Below, piece after piece: positions 10,181 through 19,708 of a stretch of DNA of 64,000 bases. The translations under genes and the position numbers were made by a program. Within the stretch, counting starts at the first letter, position 1, and every line of letters begins with the position of its first letter. Below the pieces are notes generated by a model. That model saw only the letters and a list, made by a program, of their open reading frames with translations. It was not told the origin of the DNA and did no database searches. This DNA is from a virus: positions 1 through 64,000 of the IMG/VR virus record IMGVR_UViG_3300046167_000554. One strand, 5' to 3'.

Positions 10181-11651
10181 ATGAAAAACTTAATAACAAT
10201 ATTAACAGTAGGACTACTCACAGCATGTGGTGGTGGAAGTTCAGTAACACCAATAGAACTACAAACATTAACAACGACTGGTGGTAATCCACCTATGGGT
10301 TCATCCCCTATATTGACCACTGTAGTCATTGATGGATATGTAGAAGGTGCAAATGTCTTTATAGATATGAACTGGAATCTAACTCAAGATGAGGGAGAAC
10401 CAAGTGCAGAATATGATAGTGATACACAATCTTATTTCTTTACGGAATCCCAATTTAGTGCAGTCAATAACTTTTCAACAACAAACTGTTCATTGAATAG
10501 ACCTAGGATTGCAGAAGTACCAATAGGTGCATATGACTCGGAACGTGGATATGTAGAAACTGCATATACAATGAGTTATTATCCACCCACATATAATCAG
10601 AATAGTGGACGTGCAAATGTAACACCATTCACTACATTGTTTGCAGAATATGTTACCGATGCATTACAAGGTGTCAGTATAACAGTTGCAGATAGTTGTG
10701 GGTCAACTGCAGATACTGTTTCACAAACAGTTATAGAAAAGGTAGACAGTGTTCTATACGACCTCTATCAAAACTTTAATCAATCAGCAGACCAATTGTA
10801 TTCAGACTTTATTGCAAGTGGTGATACAGAATTACAAGCTATAGGAGAAAGGATTGTAGACTTCTTAGGAACTATTAACAAGGTTGCAGATGTATTAGAA
10901 AATGAATACAATCTTCCTATGTTATCAACCCTAAATCCCGAATTAATATCTACCATTCTAAATGGAACAGAGTTCTCTACCATTACATTCAATCTAATGA
11001 ATGAAACAGTAGGGTGAACAAGTAGATGATGATTTTAGATTTCAGAGACGACATTTGTTCTATAACATTGTTGCAAATGACCAAGGTCAAATACTAGATG
11101 CAGAGGGAAATCCTATTGTAATATCTTCGACCACATTAAGTGAGGTTGCAGATACATCTATATCAGAAAACTATGAATCAATAGGAGATACTTTTGAGAC
11201 ACCAGTTATCATTGCAATAGAAGTAATCAATGGTGTATCCGATAGTTACATAAGATTCTTATCGGGTAATGGACATCTTGCATATACTATAAGAGGAGAC
11301 ATGAGATTCGTTCAAAATGTAGTTCCTATGGAATCTGATTTTGAAATACGAATGAATAATACAAACAACACATACTATGATTATGACCTACTTGACCTTA
11401 TGTCATATAGAGATGTGTATACCATACAGAACATTTACACCGAACTTAGTCAACTATCCACTGTAATGTCAAGTTATGAGACACTTACATACCTATTGTA
11501 TAGTGGAGACTTGATTCAGTACAATGAAAACAACCATGCATATACCAATGGCCCTTCAACAAGGGAAACATGTGAGGTTTTCCAAGGTGCATCAGTTACA
11601 ACTTACTATGATAATGAGGGGTATAATATTTGTTCTAATAATATGCAATAA
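10181..11651 (+). CDS. Bacterial-type surface lipoprotein (one gene, frameshift near 11012)
   Basis: Signal peptide with lipobox LLTAC-GGGSS; IDGYVEGANVFIDMNWN..DEGEP and NVTPFTTL motifs; frames join at gtagggtgaa. Confidence 0.75.
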
Positions 11652-11664
11652 ATAGATATACATT

Positions 11665-11841
11665 ATGAAGAAGAACCTCAAGTCTAGTGACGTAATCAAT
11701 GCATTAACTGATAAAATACAGTTAAAGAAAGACTTACGTGTAGCAAAAAAACAAGACGATTCCCAAAAAACTGCTAAAATTTCCAAACAGATTGCAAAAA
11801 TCGATAAGAAACTCCACTCGATACCATTGAAGAAATCCTAA
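11665..11841 (+). CDS. Small basic hypothetical protein
   Basis: 58-aa Lys-rich ORF after an ATAAATA late-promoter-like site. Confidence 0.55.
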   Translation: MKKNLKSSDVINALTDKIQLKKDLRVAKKQDDSQKTAKISKQIAKIDKKLHSIPLKKS

Positions 11842-11868
11842 ATAAAGGTATACATTTAGGAGATACTC

Positions 11869-12246
11869 ATGGCATGGGCAGATGAAATAGCAGGTCACAA
11901 TACTTTAATTGATGATATGCAAAGACAAAAAGACTGGATTAGTGGTGTAAGTCGTACATGGTTTGAAGGTGTAACAACTGGAACCAGTTTAATAGAAAGA
12001 ACAGCAGATGGTGCTGTCGGATATTTTACTGCATGGAGAACTGCAAACCCTTCAGCAACAGCAGAAAGTGACCGAGCAGGATACGAACTTTGGGATTACT
12101 GGATTAATGGTCAGATGGGTAGTGGTTCTGAGTCTAAAACCAAAGACGAAGTTGTAGTTGAATTAACTAACGGAATAGCAGCCATTACTGCAGATAGAGA
12201 CAGTTTACAAGCAAAAATAGACAACGGAGAAGTTGACGGGGGTTAA
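11869..12246 (+). CDS. Hypothetical protein
   Basis: AGGAG RBS; CTAAATA upstream. Confidence 0.7.
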   Translation: MAWADEIAGHNTLIDDMQRQKDWISGVSRTWFEGVTTGTSLIERTADGAVGYFTAWRTANPSATAESDRAGYELWDYWINGQMGSGSESKTKDEVVVELTNGIAAITADRDSLQAKIDNGEVDGG

Positions 12247-12263
12247 CATACCTTTTCAATTCT

Positions 12264-12271
12264 TATAAATA
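12264..12271 (+). promoter_or_regulatory. T4-type late promoter
   Basis: Exact TATAAATA. Confidence 0.8.
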
Positions 12272-12295
12272 GTAGATACAGAGAGAGTATTTACT

Positions 12296-13498
12296 ATGGC
12301 AGTCAAAAACCTACATTTAGAACACTTAGAAGACGAAATCATTAATAATGGTATCGATGGTGGTCGTGCAGCTATAAACTTCTTACAGGGTCTTAGAGAC
12401 ATGATGAAGGGGAAGTCTAAGAAAGGTGTCAACATGACTGTTAAGTGGGATGGAGCTCCTGCTATCTTTTGTGGAAAACATCCCGAGACTGGTCAATTCT
12501 TTGTTGCAAAGAAGTCCCTATTCAATAAAGAACCTAAGTTCTATACATCCGAACAACAAATCAAAGATGCACCCGAATTGGGTGGTGCATTAGAGTCTAA
12601 GTTCTTAGACTCATTCAAATACTTGTCTGCACTATCATTTTCTGATGTCTTACAGGGTGACTTAATGTTCACTGATGATAAGAAGATGCAGAAGATGGAC
12701 AACGGAAACTTCGTTACATTTCAACCAAACACAATAATGTATGCAGTAGATATCGAGTCAGACCTCGGTAAAGAGATTGCAAATGCAAAACTAGGAATAG
12801 TATTCCACACTACTTACACTGGTGATTCAATAGAAAACCTAAGTGCATCATTCGGTGCAAACACATCTAAGTTAGGACATAGTAAAGATGTATGGGTAGA
12901 TGATGCATCATATAAAGATGTCAGTGGTAAAGGTTCAATGACTGCAAAGGAAACACTTAAGTTAACACAAACACTTTCCATGACAGGTAAACAGTTTCAT
13001 CAAATCAAAAGACCAACACTACAGAAGTTTATGAAGGTGCAAGAGACTATTGCAAAGAAAGGTGCTGGTGCAACTTACAAGACCTACTGTAACACACTAA
13101 TACGACAAGGAAAGTTTAACCCAACATACGCAGGTTATATGAAACACTTTGAGAACTATTGGAGAGACAAAGTAGTTGCAAAGGTTAAGATGGAAAAGAC
13201 TAAACAAATTAAGAAGGAAATCGGAGAACAACTTTATAACGAACTCAGAGGTATGAAGAAGTTCATAGAGGCACTTACATCATTTATGTTACACTTAGTA
13301 GTAGCAAAACAACTTATTATCGTTGCATTAAATAGAGTGAAATCAATAGGTACTTTCGTAAAGACCTCAACAGGATTTCAAACAGTCAACCCTGAAGGTT
13401 ATGTTGCAATTGATAATGATGGTAAGGCAGTCAAGTTGGTAGACCGAATGGAATTCTCACTAAATAACTTTACAGTTGCAAAGGATTGGGACAAATAA
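12296..13498 (+). CDS. DUF6267-like protein with covalent nucleotidyltransferase (RNA/DNA ligase-like) motifs
   Basis: HLEHLED; TVKWDG (motif I), LQGDL (III), EGYV (IV), VKLV (V). Confidence 0.7.
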   Translation: MAVKNLHLEHLEDEIINNGIDGGRAAINFLQGLRDMMKGKSKKGVNMTVKWDGAPAIFCGKHPETGQFFVAKKSLFNKEPKFYTSEQQIKDAPELGGALESKFLDSFKYLSALSFSDVLQGDLMFTDDKKMQKMDNGNFVTFQPNTIMYAVDIESDLGKEIANAKLGIVFHTTYTGDSIENLSASFGANTSKLGHSKDVWVDDASYKDVSGKGSMTAKETLKLTQTLSMTGKQFHQIKRPTLQKFMKVQETIAKKGAGATYKTYCNTLIRQGKFNPTYAGYMKHFENYWRDKVVAKVKMEKTKQIKKEIGEQLYNELRGMKKFIEALTSFMLHLVVAKQLIIVALNRVKSIGTFVKTSTGFQTVNPEGYVAIDNDGKAVKLVDRMEFSLNNFTVAKDWDK

Positions 13499-13680
13499 TG
13501 AAACTAAAAACATTCGGACAATTTGCATTACCCGATTATCCTGTTCAAACAGAACCATCTGAAGATAATGATGAGTGGGTGACTGGTGATGGTGCAAAAC
13601 CATACACTTGGAATGGTTCAAAGGAAGCTGATGCAAACTTAAATGACATGAGTAAAGAAGTAGAGAAGGATAGGAAATGA
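13498..13680 (+). CDS. Small hypothetical protein with CTS-like N-terminus
   Basis: MKLKTFGQF; coupled to both neighbours. Confidence 0.6.
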   Translation: MKLKTFGQFALPDYPVQTEPSEDNDEWVTGDGAKPYTWNGSKEADANLNDMSKEVEKDRK

Positions 13681-14960
13681 AAACATTCAACGGATTTTTA
13701 ACAGAAGCAAAGAGACCTAAAGGTGCAGTGTTTACCTTTGGTCGTTTCAATCCACCTACAACAGGACATGCAAAGTTAGTTAAACAATTACAAAAAGTTG
13801 CAAAAGGATTTGATGTATTACTATTCACTTCACACTCCAATGACCGAAGAAAGAATCCCCTAACACATAAACAAAAGATATCATACCTCAGAAAATTCTT
13901 TGGTAAGATTGTTGTCGACTCTACAGTAAGAACTGTATTTGATGTTGCAAATCAATTACAACAACAGAAGTATACTCACGTAAGGATGGTAGTTGGTTCA
14001 GATAGAATTAGAGAATTTGAAACACTACTAAACAAATACAACGGAGTGAAAGCACGTCATGGTTTCTATAAGTTTGAAAGTATAGAAGTCGTATCAGCAG
14101 GGGAGAGAGACCCCGATGCAGATGATGTCAGTGGAATGTCTGCAAGTAAACTCAGAGGATATGCAGAACAAGGAGACTTTGATAACTTTAAAGTTGGAGT
14201 CCCATCAAAGAATGCATCAGACATTCAGAGACTATACAAAGACATTCGTAAAGGAATGGGTATCATGGAGTCAACACTACCCGACTACATGAATGAAGAT
14301 TTAATTACAGAGGGTGTTTATGACCCAGGCATCTTCAAAGCAGTCTTCCTAATGGGTGGGCCAGGCAGTGGTAAGTCAACAGTAGTAAATAAACTATCTC
14401 TAAAGGCAATGGGTCTTAAGTTGGTAAACACTGATAAAGCATTTGAAAATGGATTAAAGAAAGCAGGACTTGGTCTTGATTTAAGAAACATGGATGCAAA
14501 AGACAGAGACCCTATCCGTGCAAGAGCAAAGACCATTACTGCAAAGAATATGTCTGCATACATAAAAGGTCGTTTAGGAATGGTATTCGACACTACTAGT
14601 GCAAAGGCAGGTAAAATATCATCTTATAAGAAACAGTTAGATGCACTAGGATATGAATACAAAATGATATATGTAAGTGCATCGTTGAATAATGCACAAG
14701 CAAGAAATGAAAAACGTGCAAGAAAACTACCACCCGAAATTGTTAAACAAGATTGGGATGCAGCTCAAAAGAATGCACAAGAATTTAAAAAAATGTTTGG
14801 TAAAGAATTCCTTGAGATTACAAACGATGACGATTTAAAATCTTTAGAGAGTAAAACAACAAAAATTTCAGGTAAACTTATAACATGGAGTTCTAAGTTC
14901 CCTAACAATAAACTTGCAACAAACTGGAAAGATTCAGAATTGCAGAAGAAAAAGAGATAA
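13677..14960 (+). CDS. Cytidylyl/adenylyltransferase (HxGH family) fused to a P-loop kinase (AAA_33/zeta/Pnk-like)
   Basis: FGRFNPPTTGH, VVGSDR, MSASKLR; then GGPGSGKS, VNTD, FDTT, RNEKR. Confidence 0.85.
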   Translation: MKTFNGFLTEAKRPKGAVFTFGRFNPPTTGHAKLVKQLQKVAKGFDVLLFTSHSNDRRKNPLTHKQKISYLRKFFGKIVVDSTVRTVFDVANQLQQQKYTHVRMVVGSDRIREFETLLNKYNGVKARHGFYKFESIEVVSAGERDPDADDVSGMSASKLRGYAEQGDFDNFKVGVPSKNASDIQRLYKDIRKGMGIMESTLPDYMNEDLITEGVYDPGIFKAVFLMGGPGSGKSTVVNKLSLKAMGLKLVNTDKAFENGLKKAGLGLDLRNMDAKDRDPIRARAKTITAKNMSAYIKGRLGMVFDTTSAKAGKISSYKKQLDALGYEYKMIYVSASLNNAQARNEKRARKLPPEIVKQDWDAAQKNAQEFKKMFGKEFLEITNDDDLKSLESKTTKISGKLITWSSKFPNNKLATNWKDSELQKKKR

Positions 14961-14968
14961 ATAGTAGT

Positions 14969-15214
14969 ATGATGACTTTTAGACAACTATTTGAAAGGGA
15001 CTATAAGAAGGAGTATGAAAACTACCATTCTAAACCCGAACAAAAGAAACGTAGAGCTGCAAGAAATGGTGCAAGACGTATTCTAAAAGATAGAGTTGGT
15101 ATAAAGGGAAAGGATGTACATCATAAAGACAATAACCCTATGAACAATGACAGAACAAACTTATCTATTGTATCAATGAAATACAACAGAAGTGAACCAA
15201 GGAAAAGAACGTAA
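14969..15214 (+). CDS. Small HNH-motif protein
   Basis: RDYKKEY...KDVHHKDNNPMNN...NL...NR. Confidence 0.7.
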   Translation: MMTFRQLFERDYKKEYENYHSKPEQKKRRAARNGARRILKDRVGIKGKDVHHKDNNPMNNDRTNLSIVSMKYNRSEPRKRT

Positions 15215-16641
15215 TGAATACATTTAAAAACCTATTTCTAGAAAGTGACTATGACCCAAGTGTTCATGAAAGAGGAACAGATGCTGGTCGTAAATGGGCT
15301 CAAGAATTCACGCCTGGTCAGTCTGTTGACAGTTTTATTAAAGAAGACATCAAACGACAAAAAGATTTCTCTGCAAAAACATTCAGTCAAGTAGTAGGTA
15401 ATCCACTAGAAGGTTATCCATATAACGAAGAGATGCAAGTCAATGAAGTTGCACAAGACAAAGATATAGAAGACAAAGAAGGAACACAACCAGCAAAGTA
15501 TCATAAAGGTCTATCAAAATCAACCAAACAAAAAAGAGATGCACACTTCAAAGCAAAGAAGAGTGGTGAGGCACCTGGCGATGCAGATGCAGAAACTAAA
15601 CCATCTAAACATACTGTAAAAGCAAAACAGATGTTCGGAGAAGATAGTGGTCTTCAAGCAAAAGCAGACAAGTCAGGAATATCAAAAGGTATCTTACAAA
15701 AGGTTTACAATAGAGGATTAGCTGCATATAAAACAGGACATAGGCCAGGCACTACTGCACCTCAGTGGGCAATGGCACGTGTCAATTCTTTTATCACTAA
15801 AGGTAAGGGAACTTGGGGTGGTGCAGACCAAGACCTTGCTAAACAAGCAAAAGGTAAATCTGAAGAAGTAGAAGAGTCAAGATACTCAGATGAAAAGAAC
15901 AAACGTCAAAAAGCAACCCTCAAAAAACATGACAGTGCAATGATTAAAGTTGCAAGAAAGTCTATTAAGAAGTACGATGCAAATAATAAAAACAAGAATG
16001 AAGATGTAGAAGAAGCATGTTGGAATGGATACAAACAAGTTGGGATGAAGAAGAAGGGGAACAAGGAAGTTCCAAATTGTGTTCCTGAAGCAAACACTAT
16101 GGGTAATGTTAAAAAGACATTATCAAAAGTTAAAGGATTGTCTTCAGACCAATTAAAAACTCTCATGACAATACCTCAAAGTCAACTCATGGTAATTGCA
16201 CAACAGTTATCTTCATTAGTAATGGGTGAAGAGATACATGAGTCTCAAATAGAAACACACTTACCTCAGTTAGATGAAGTCATGTCAATGCAGACACGTC
16301 TAAAGATGAAGAAGGCATTCAGAAAGAATAAACATAAGATTGCAATCGGAAGAAAGAAAGCTGCAAAAAGAATGGTGTTAGACCCTAAGAAGATTGAGAA
16401 ACGTGCAACTAAAGCTGCAAGAAAGGTATTAGAGAAGAAGTTTCTTAAAGGTGCAGATAAAAACTCATTAGGACATGCTGGTAAAGCTGCACTAGAGAAA
16501 AAGATTGAGAAGAAAAAATCAGTAATCGCAAAGATTGCTCGTAAACTAAAAAAAGTTATCCGTAAGAAAGAGTCAATGAAGTTCAAGAAGAACAAAGAAA
16601 CTTGGGATAAAGCAGGTAAGGACTTAAAGAGTAAAAAATAA
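15214..16641 (+). CDS. Modular head-internal polyprotein (contains a DUF5824-like module)
   Basis: MNTFKNLFLE; modules VYNRGLAAYKTGHRPG..QWAMARVNSF and ACWNGYKQVGMKKKG..VPNCVPE separated by (V/L/I)xE; basic tail. Confidence 0.6.
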   Translation: MNTFKNLFLESDYDPSVHERGTDAGRKWAQEFTPGQSVDSFIKEDIKRQKDFSAKTFSQVVGNPLEGYPYNEEMQVNEVAQDKDIEDKEGTQPAKYHKGLSKSTKQKRDAHFKAKKSGEAPGDADAETKPSKHTVKAKQMFGEDSGLQAKADKSGISKGILQKVYNRGLAAYKTGHRPGTTAPQWAMARVNSFITKGKGTWGGADQDLAKQAKGKSEEVEESRYSDEKNKRQKATLKKHDSAMIKVARKSIKKYDANNKNKNEDVEEACWNGYKQVGMKKKGNKEVPNCVPEANTMGNVKKTLSKVKGLSSDQLKTLMTIPQSQLMVIAQQLSSLVMGEEIHESQIETHLPQLDEVMSMQTRLKMKKAFRKNKHKIAIGRKKAAKRMVLDPKKIEKRATKAARKVLEKKFLKGADKNSLGHAGKAALEKKIEKKKSVIAKIARKLKKVIRKKESMKFKKNKETWDKAGKDLKSKK

Positions 16642-17180
16642 TGAAAACATTCCATCAATTAGCAATCACTGAAACACTAGAAACACTTCAAAAGGAAGGA
16701 ACTAACCTACTGGACAATCCGTTCAGGTTGGGTTCTGCAATGTACTTTGAGGTAATCAATGAAGCAAAGAAGATGGTTGCAGAACAAAGATATAGACTAA
16801 CTGAAGTAGATAAACAAGTCATAGAAACAAACCTAGGGGAATTTGATGTCCATGAAGGTAACTATGTACCACTTGATTGTCCTATGATGGTCGAAGAAGA
16901 AGAGAAGGGGAAGGAACCACCAATCGGTAAACCAAAAGCAGGTGGCCCAAAGAAGTTTTATGTGTATGTTAAAGATGGTGATAAGGTTAAGAAAGTCACA
17001 TTCGGAGATACATCAGGTCTATCAGTAAAATTTAAAGACCCAAGTGCAAGGTCATCTTATGTTGCAAGACATAATTGTGACACTGCAAATGACAAGACAA
17101 CACCAGGCTATTGGAGTTGCAGACTTCCAAGATATGCATCACAACTCGGATTGAGTGGTGGTGGGTCGTTTTTTTGGTAG
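16641..17180 (+). CDS. Conserved phage protein (KKFYVYV...FGD...ARHNC...YWSC), CTS-like N-terminus
   Basis: MKTFHQLAITE; motif pattern typical of large phages. Confidence 0.65.
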   Translation: MKTFHQLAITETLETLQKEGTNLLDNPFRLGSAMYFEVINEAKKMVAEQRYRLTEVDKQVIETNLGEFDVHEGNYVPLDCPMMVEEEEKGKEPPIGKPKAGGPKKFYVYVKDGDKVKKVTFGDTSGLSVKFKDPSARSSYVARHNCDTANDKTTPGYWSCRLPRYASQLGLSGGGSFFW

Positions 17181-17207
17181 ACTAAATATCAGTGTAGGAG
17201 ATTTATT

Positions 17208-17465
17208 ATGAAGAAATTATACCATACTTATGCAATGGATGAAAGATATGCAGAAGTATTCAAGTCAGATTTAGGTTTTGAAGTAGACCTTTACGAAAAC
17301 GATACATTACTAGAGACTAGAGAAGTCCATGACAAATCAGAAGGATATGCAGAAGATGTTGCAGAAAACTGGGTCGATGGAATGTTTGACATAGAACCTA
17401 AAGAAGGTAGTTTCTATGGGTACAATCAAAAGAATGACAACTACTACCCTGGCTTAGATGACTAA
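17208..17465 (+). CDS. Hypothetical acidic protein
   Basis: AGGAG RBS; CTAAATA upstream. Confidence 0.65.
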   Translation: MKKLYHTYAMDERYAEVFKSDLGFEVDLYENDTLLETREVHDKSEGYAEDVAENWVDGMFDIEPKEGSFYGYNQKNDNYYPGLDD

Positions 17466-17739
17466 ACCATACGAAGAAATTGTAGAACAACACGGAACAG
17501 GAACAAAGTTTGTTATAAGAACTTTTGAAGAGTCCGTAGATAGTAATGAACTAGTGTGGCATAGGGATAGAGAACACCGAACAGTTCATGTGTTATCAGG
17601 AAGAGGATGGGAATTGCAACATGATGATGCATTACCCATAGAGTTAAACATAGGAGAAGACTACTATATTCCCGAAATGACCTACCATAGGTTAATAAAA
17701 GGTGAAGATAACTTAGTGGTTAGAATTAAAATTACATAA
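17458..17739 (+). CDS. Cupin-like protein
   Basis: WHRDRE...IPEMTYHRL cupin metal motifs. Confidence 0.65.
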   Translation: MTKPYEEIVEQHGTGTKFVIRTFEESVDSNELVWHRDREHRTVHVLSGRGWELQHDDALPIELNIGEDYYIPEMTYHRLIKGEDNLVVRIKIT

Positions 17740-17747
17740 ATAATATC

Positions 17748-18275
17748 ATGAGTTACAAATCAGAGAACTGGCAAGACAAATTAGCAGAAGTTAGGAATAG
17801 TATTGTTTCTAAGGATGGTTCTGTGGAAAAAACTGCAGACGAAATCATCAATGAAGAGATTGAGGCAGAACTTAAGTCATTCTTTGCAGAAGAACCCGTA
17901 GAACTGGACGAAATCAAACAACAAGAAGTTGATGCATTGAAGAAGTTGTCTAAGGACATGCAAGCAGTTCTAAAAGGTTATCAGAAGATTGTAAAGATGG
18001 GTGACAACGAACTTAAGGACAAGAAGTATAACAAAGATTACGAAGCAGTCCTTAAAGCAAGAGATGTCATCTTCTCATTGATTGGTAAAGTAAACACTCA
18101 AAAGATTTTAAATAAAGAAGAAGTAGTAGTAGAAGAGAAACTCTCACTAGAAAAGACTATTTCTAAACTTACAGAAAAAAATATGTTAGGTAGACTTGCA
18201 AAGTCCATGGAACTTAACGAAGACAACAAGGATAAACTATTTAACTATTTCGATAAAGGGGAATTAGAACAATGA
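17748..18275 (+). CDS. Hypothetical late protein (head-internal candidate)
   Basis: Late-promoter-like site; several (I/L/V)xE sites. Confidence 0.6.
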   Translation: MSYKSENWQDKLAEVRNSIVSKDGSVEKTADEIINEEIEAELKSFFAEEPVELDEIKQQEVDALKKLSKDMQAVLKGYQKIVKMGDNELKDKKYNKDYEAVLKARDVIFSLIGKVNTQKILNKEEVVVEEKLSLEKTISKLTEKNMLGRLAKSMELNEDNKDKLFNYFDKGELEQ

Positions 18276-18937
18276 GCATACAAGATTTAACACTAGGGTT
18301 GGTAGAAACTGCAAAGAGAATTGCAGAAGACTCAGCTGCATATAAGAAGTTTTTTAACGATTCACTAAAGAAATTTGGTGTAACATCTCCTGAAGAGTTA
18401 TCTGCAGAGAAGAAAAAAGAATTCTATAACCACATCGATGCAAACTGGAACTCAGATGATGAGCCTGGTTCAGATGGTAAAAAAGATAAACCTAAAAAAG
18501 ACGTTGATGAAGGTAAAGGAATGCCACCTTGGTTGAAGAAAGGTAAAAAAGACGACAAAGACTCTGAAGACGAAGACGAAGTCAAAGAAGAAAAAGATGA
18601 CGAAGACGAAGAAGATGAGGAAGAAGTCGAAGAAGGTCTTAACGCTGGATACAAATCTAGTAAAACTAAAGATTTAAAAGCATCTGCATGTAAGTCAGAA
18701 GAAAAAGAAGATGACGAAGATGAAGATGAGGAAGAAGTAGAAGAAGGTAAATTACCACCTGCTCTTCAGAAAGCAATCGACAAGAAGAAAGGTAAAGACT
18801 CTGATGACGAAGACGAAGTCAAAGAAGAAAAAGATGAAGATGAAGATGAAGACGAAGATGACAAAGAAGTCAAAGAGTCAAACACTTTAGATGCAAATCT
18901 ATTAGAAAGAGTTTTAAAAGAGTTAAACATAGGATAG
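18272..18937 (+). CDS. Highly acidic repeat protein (scaffold/internal-peptide-like)
   Basis: Repeated DS.DEDEVKEEK and DEEEVEEG units. Confidence 0.65.
   Translation: MSIQDLTLGLVETAKRIAEDSAAYKKFFNDSLKKFGVTSPEELSAEKKKEFYNHIDANWNSDDEPGSDGKKDKPKKDVDEGKGMPPWLKKGKKDDKDSEDEDEVKEEKDDEDEEDEEEVEEGLNAGYKSSKTKDLKASACKSEEKEDDEDEDEEEVEEGKLPPALQKAIDKKKGKDSDDEDEVKEEKDEDEDEDEDDKEVKESNTLDANLLERVLKELNIG
18556..18880 (+). repeat. Imperfect coding repeats (gaagacgaagtcaaagaagaaaaagatga; gaagatgaggaagaagt.gaagaaggt)
   Basis: Two to three copies visible in DNA and protein. Confidence 0.75.
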
Positions 18938-18941
18938 TCCA

Positions 18942-19700
18942 ATGAACTTATTTGCAGAGTCAAAGAAAGTTTTAGATAAGGACGGGAAGGTAAATCCTCT
19001 CGGGCCTTATGGTAAAATGAAACTTACAGGTAGAGAAGTATCTGCCTATTTCCGTAGAAACAAAATATCCGACCCACAAGTTAAAAAGGCAGTAGAAGTT
19101 GCACTTGACATGGGTGGTGCAATGGATATTGCTGGTAAAGAGATTCAAAAGTTCTATGGTCGAGAAGTAAGAAATTCAAAAGAAGTCAAATCTGCACTAA
19201 AGTATGCAAACGAATCCGTGATAGTAGACGGAGACTCACTTGAAGAAGAAGTTCTTACAGAAGGAATGTCTAAACTATTATCACCAGCACAACAGAAAGG
19301 TGTTCTAAAGAAATGGAATGAACCTGAAGGGTCAACATTTGCTAAAGACGTATACAGTAATGCTAAGATAGCAAACAAGAAGGACTTTATTGTTACTTCA
19401 CATTCAGTTAAGGATGGAGATTACTACTTATCACTTTTAGGTAATGCACCCGAAGGTAAAGAGGACAAACCTCTAACTAAAGCAAACATAAACATGAATG
19501 CAGATATCAGAAAGATATGTAAAAAATGGTCAACTGCAGGAAAAACATCACCTAACCCAGCAGGAATGTGTTTCTTAGAAATAGAAAGAGAGTTGTGTGA
19601 TAAGAAATACAACAAGTTTGCAGCTGCCGATACAATGGTAAGAGAAGTTGTATGGGGTATGGTAGAAGACATCATGGGAATAAAAATTAAAACCGCGTAG
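18942..19700 (+). CDS. Hypothetical modular late protein
   Basis: MNLFAE; internal LEE/LTE linker. Confidence 0.65.
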   Translation: MNLFAESKKVLDKDGKVNPLGPYGKMKLTGREVSAYFRRNKISDPQVKKAVEVALDMGGAMDIAGKEIQKFYGREVRNSKEVKSALKYANESVIVDGDSLEEEVLTEGMSKLLSPAQQKGVLKKWNEPEGSTFAKDVYSNAKIANKKDFIVTSHSVKDGDYYLSLLGNAPEGKEDKPLTKANINMNADIRKICKKWSTAGKTSPNPAGMCFLEIERELCDKKYNKFAAADTMVREVVWGMVEDIMGIKIKTA

Positions 19701-19708
19701 GAACTATT

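Noticed and set aside
14969-15214. Mobile homing endonuclease
   Set aside because: Only 81 aa, no DNA-binding domain, not in an intron; it carries a CTS-like start and is treated as cargo instead.
18556-18880. CRISPR-like array
   Set aside because: Repeats are in-frame, imperfect, low-complexity coding sequence without unique spacers of constant length.
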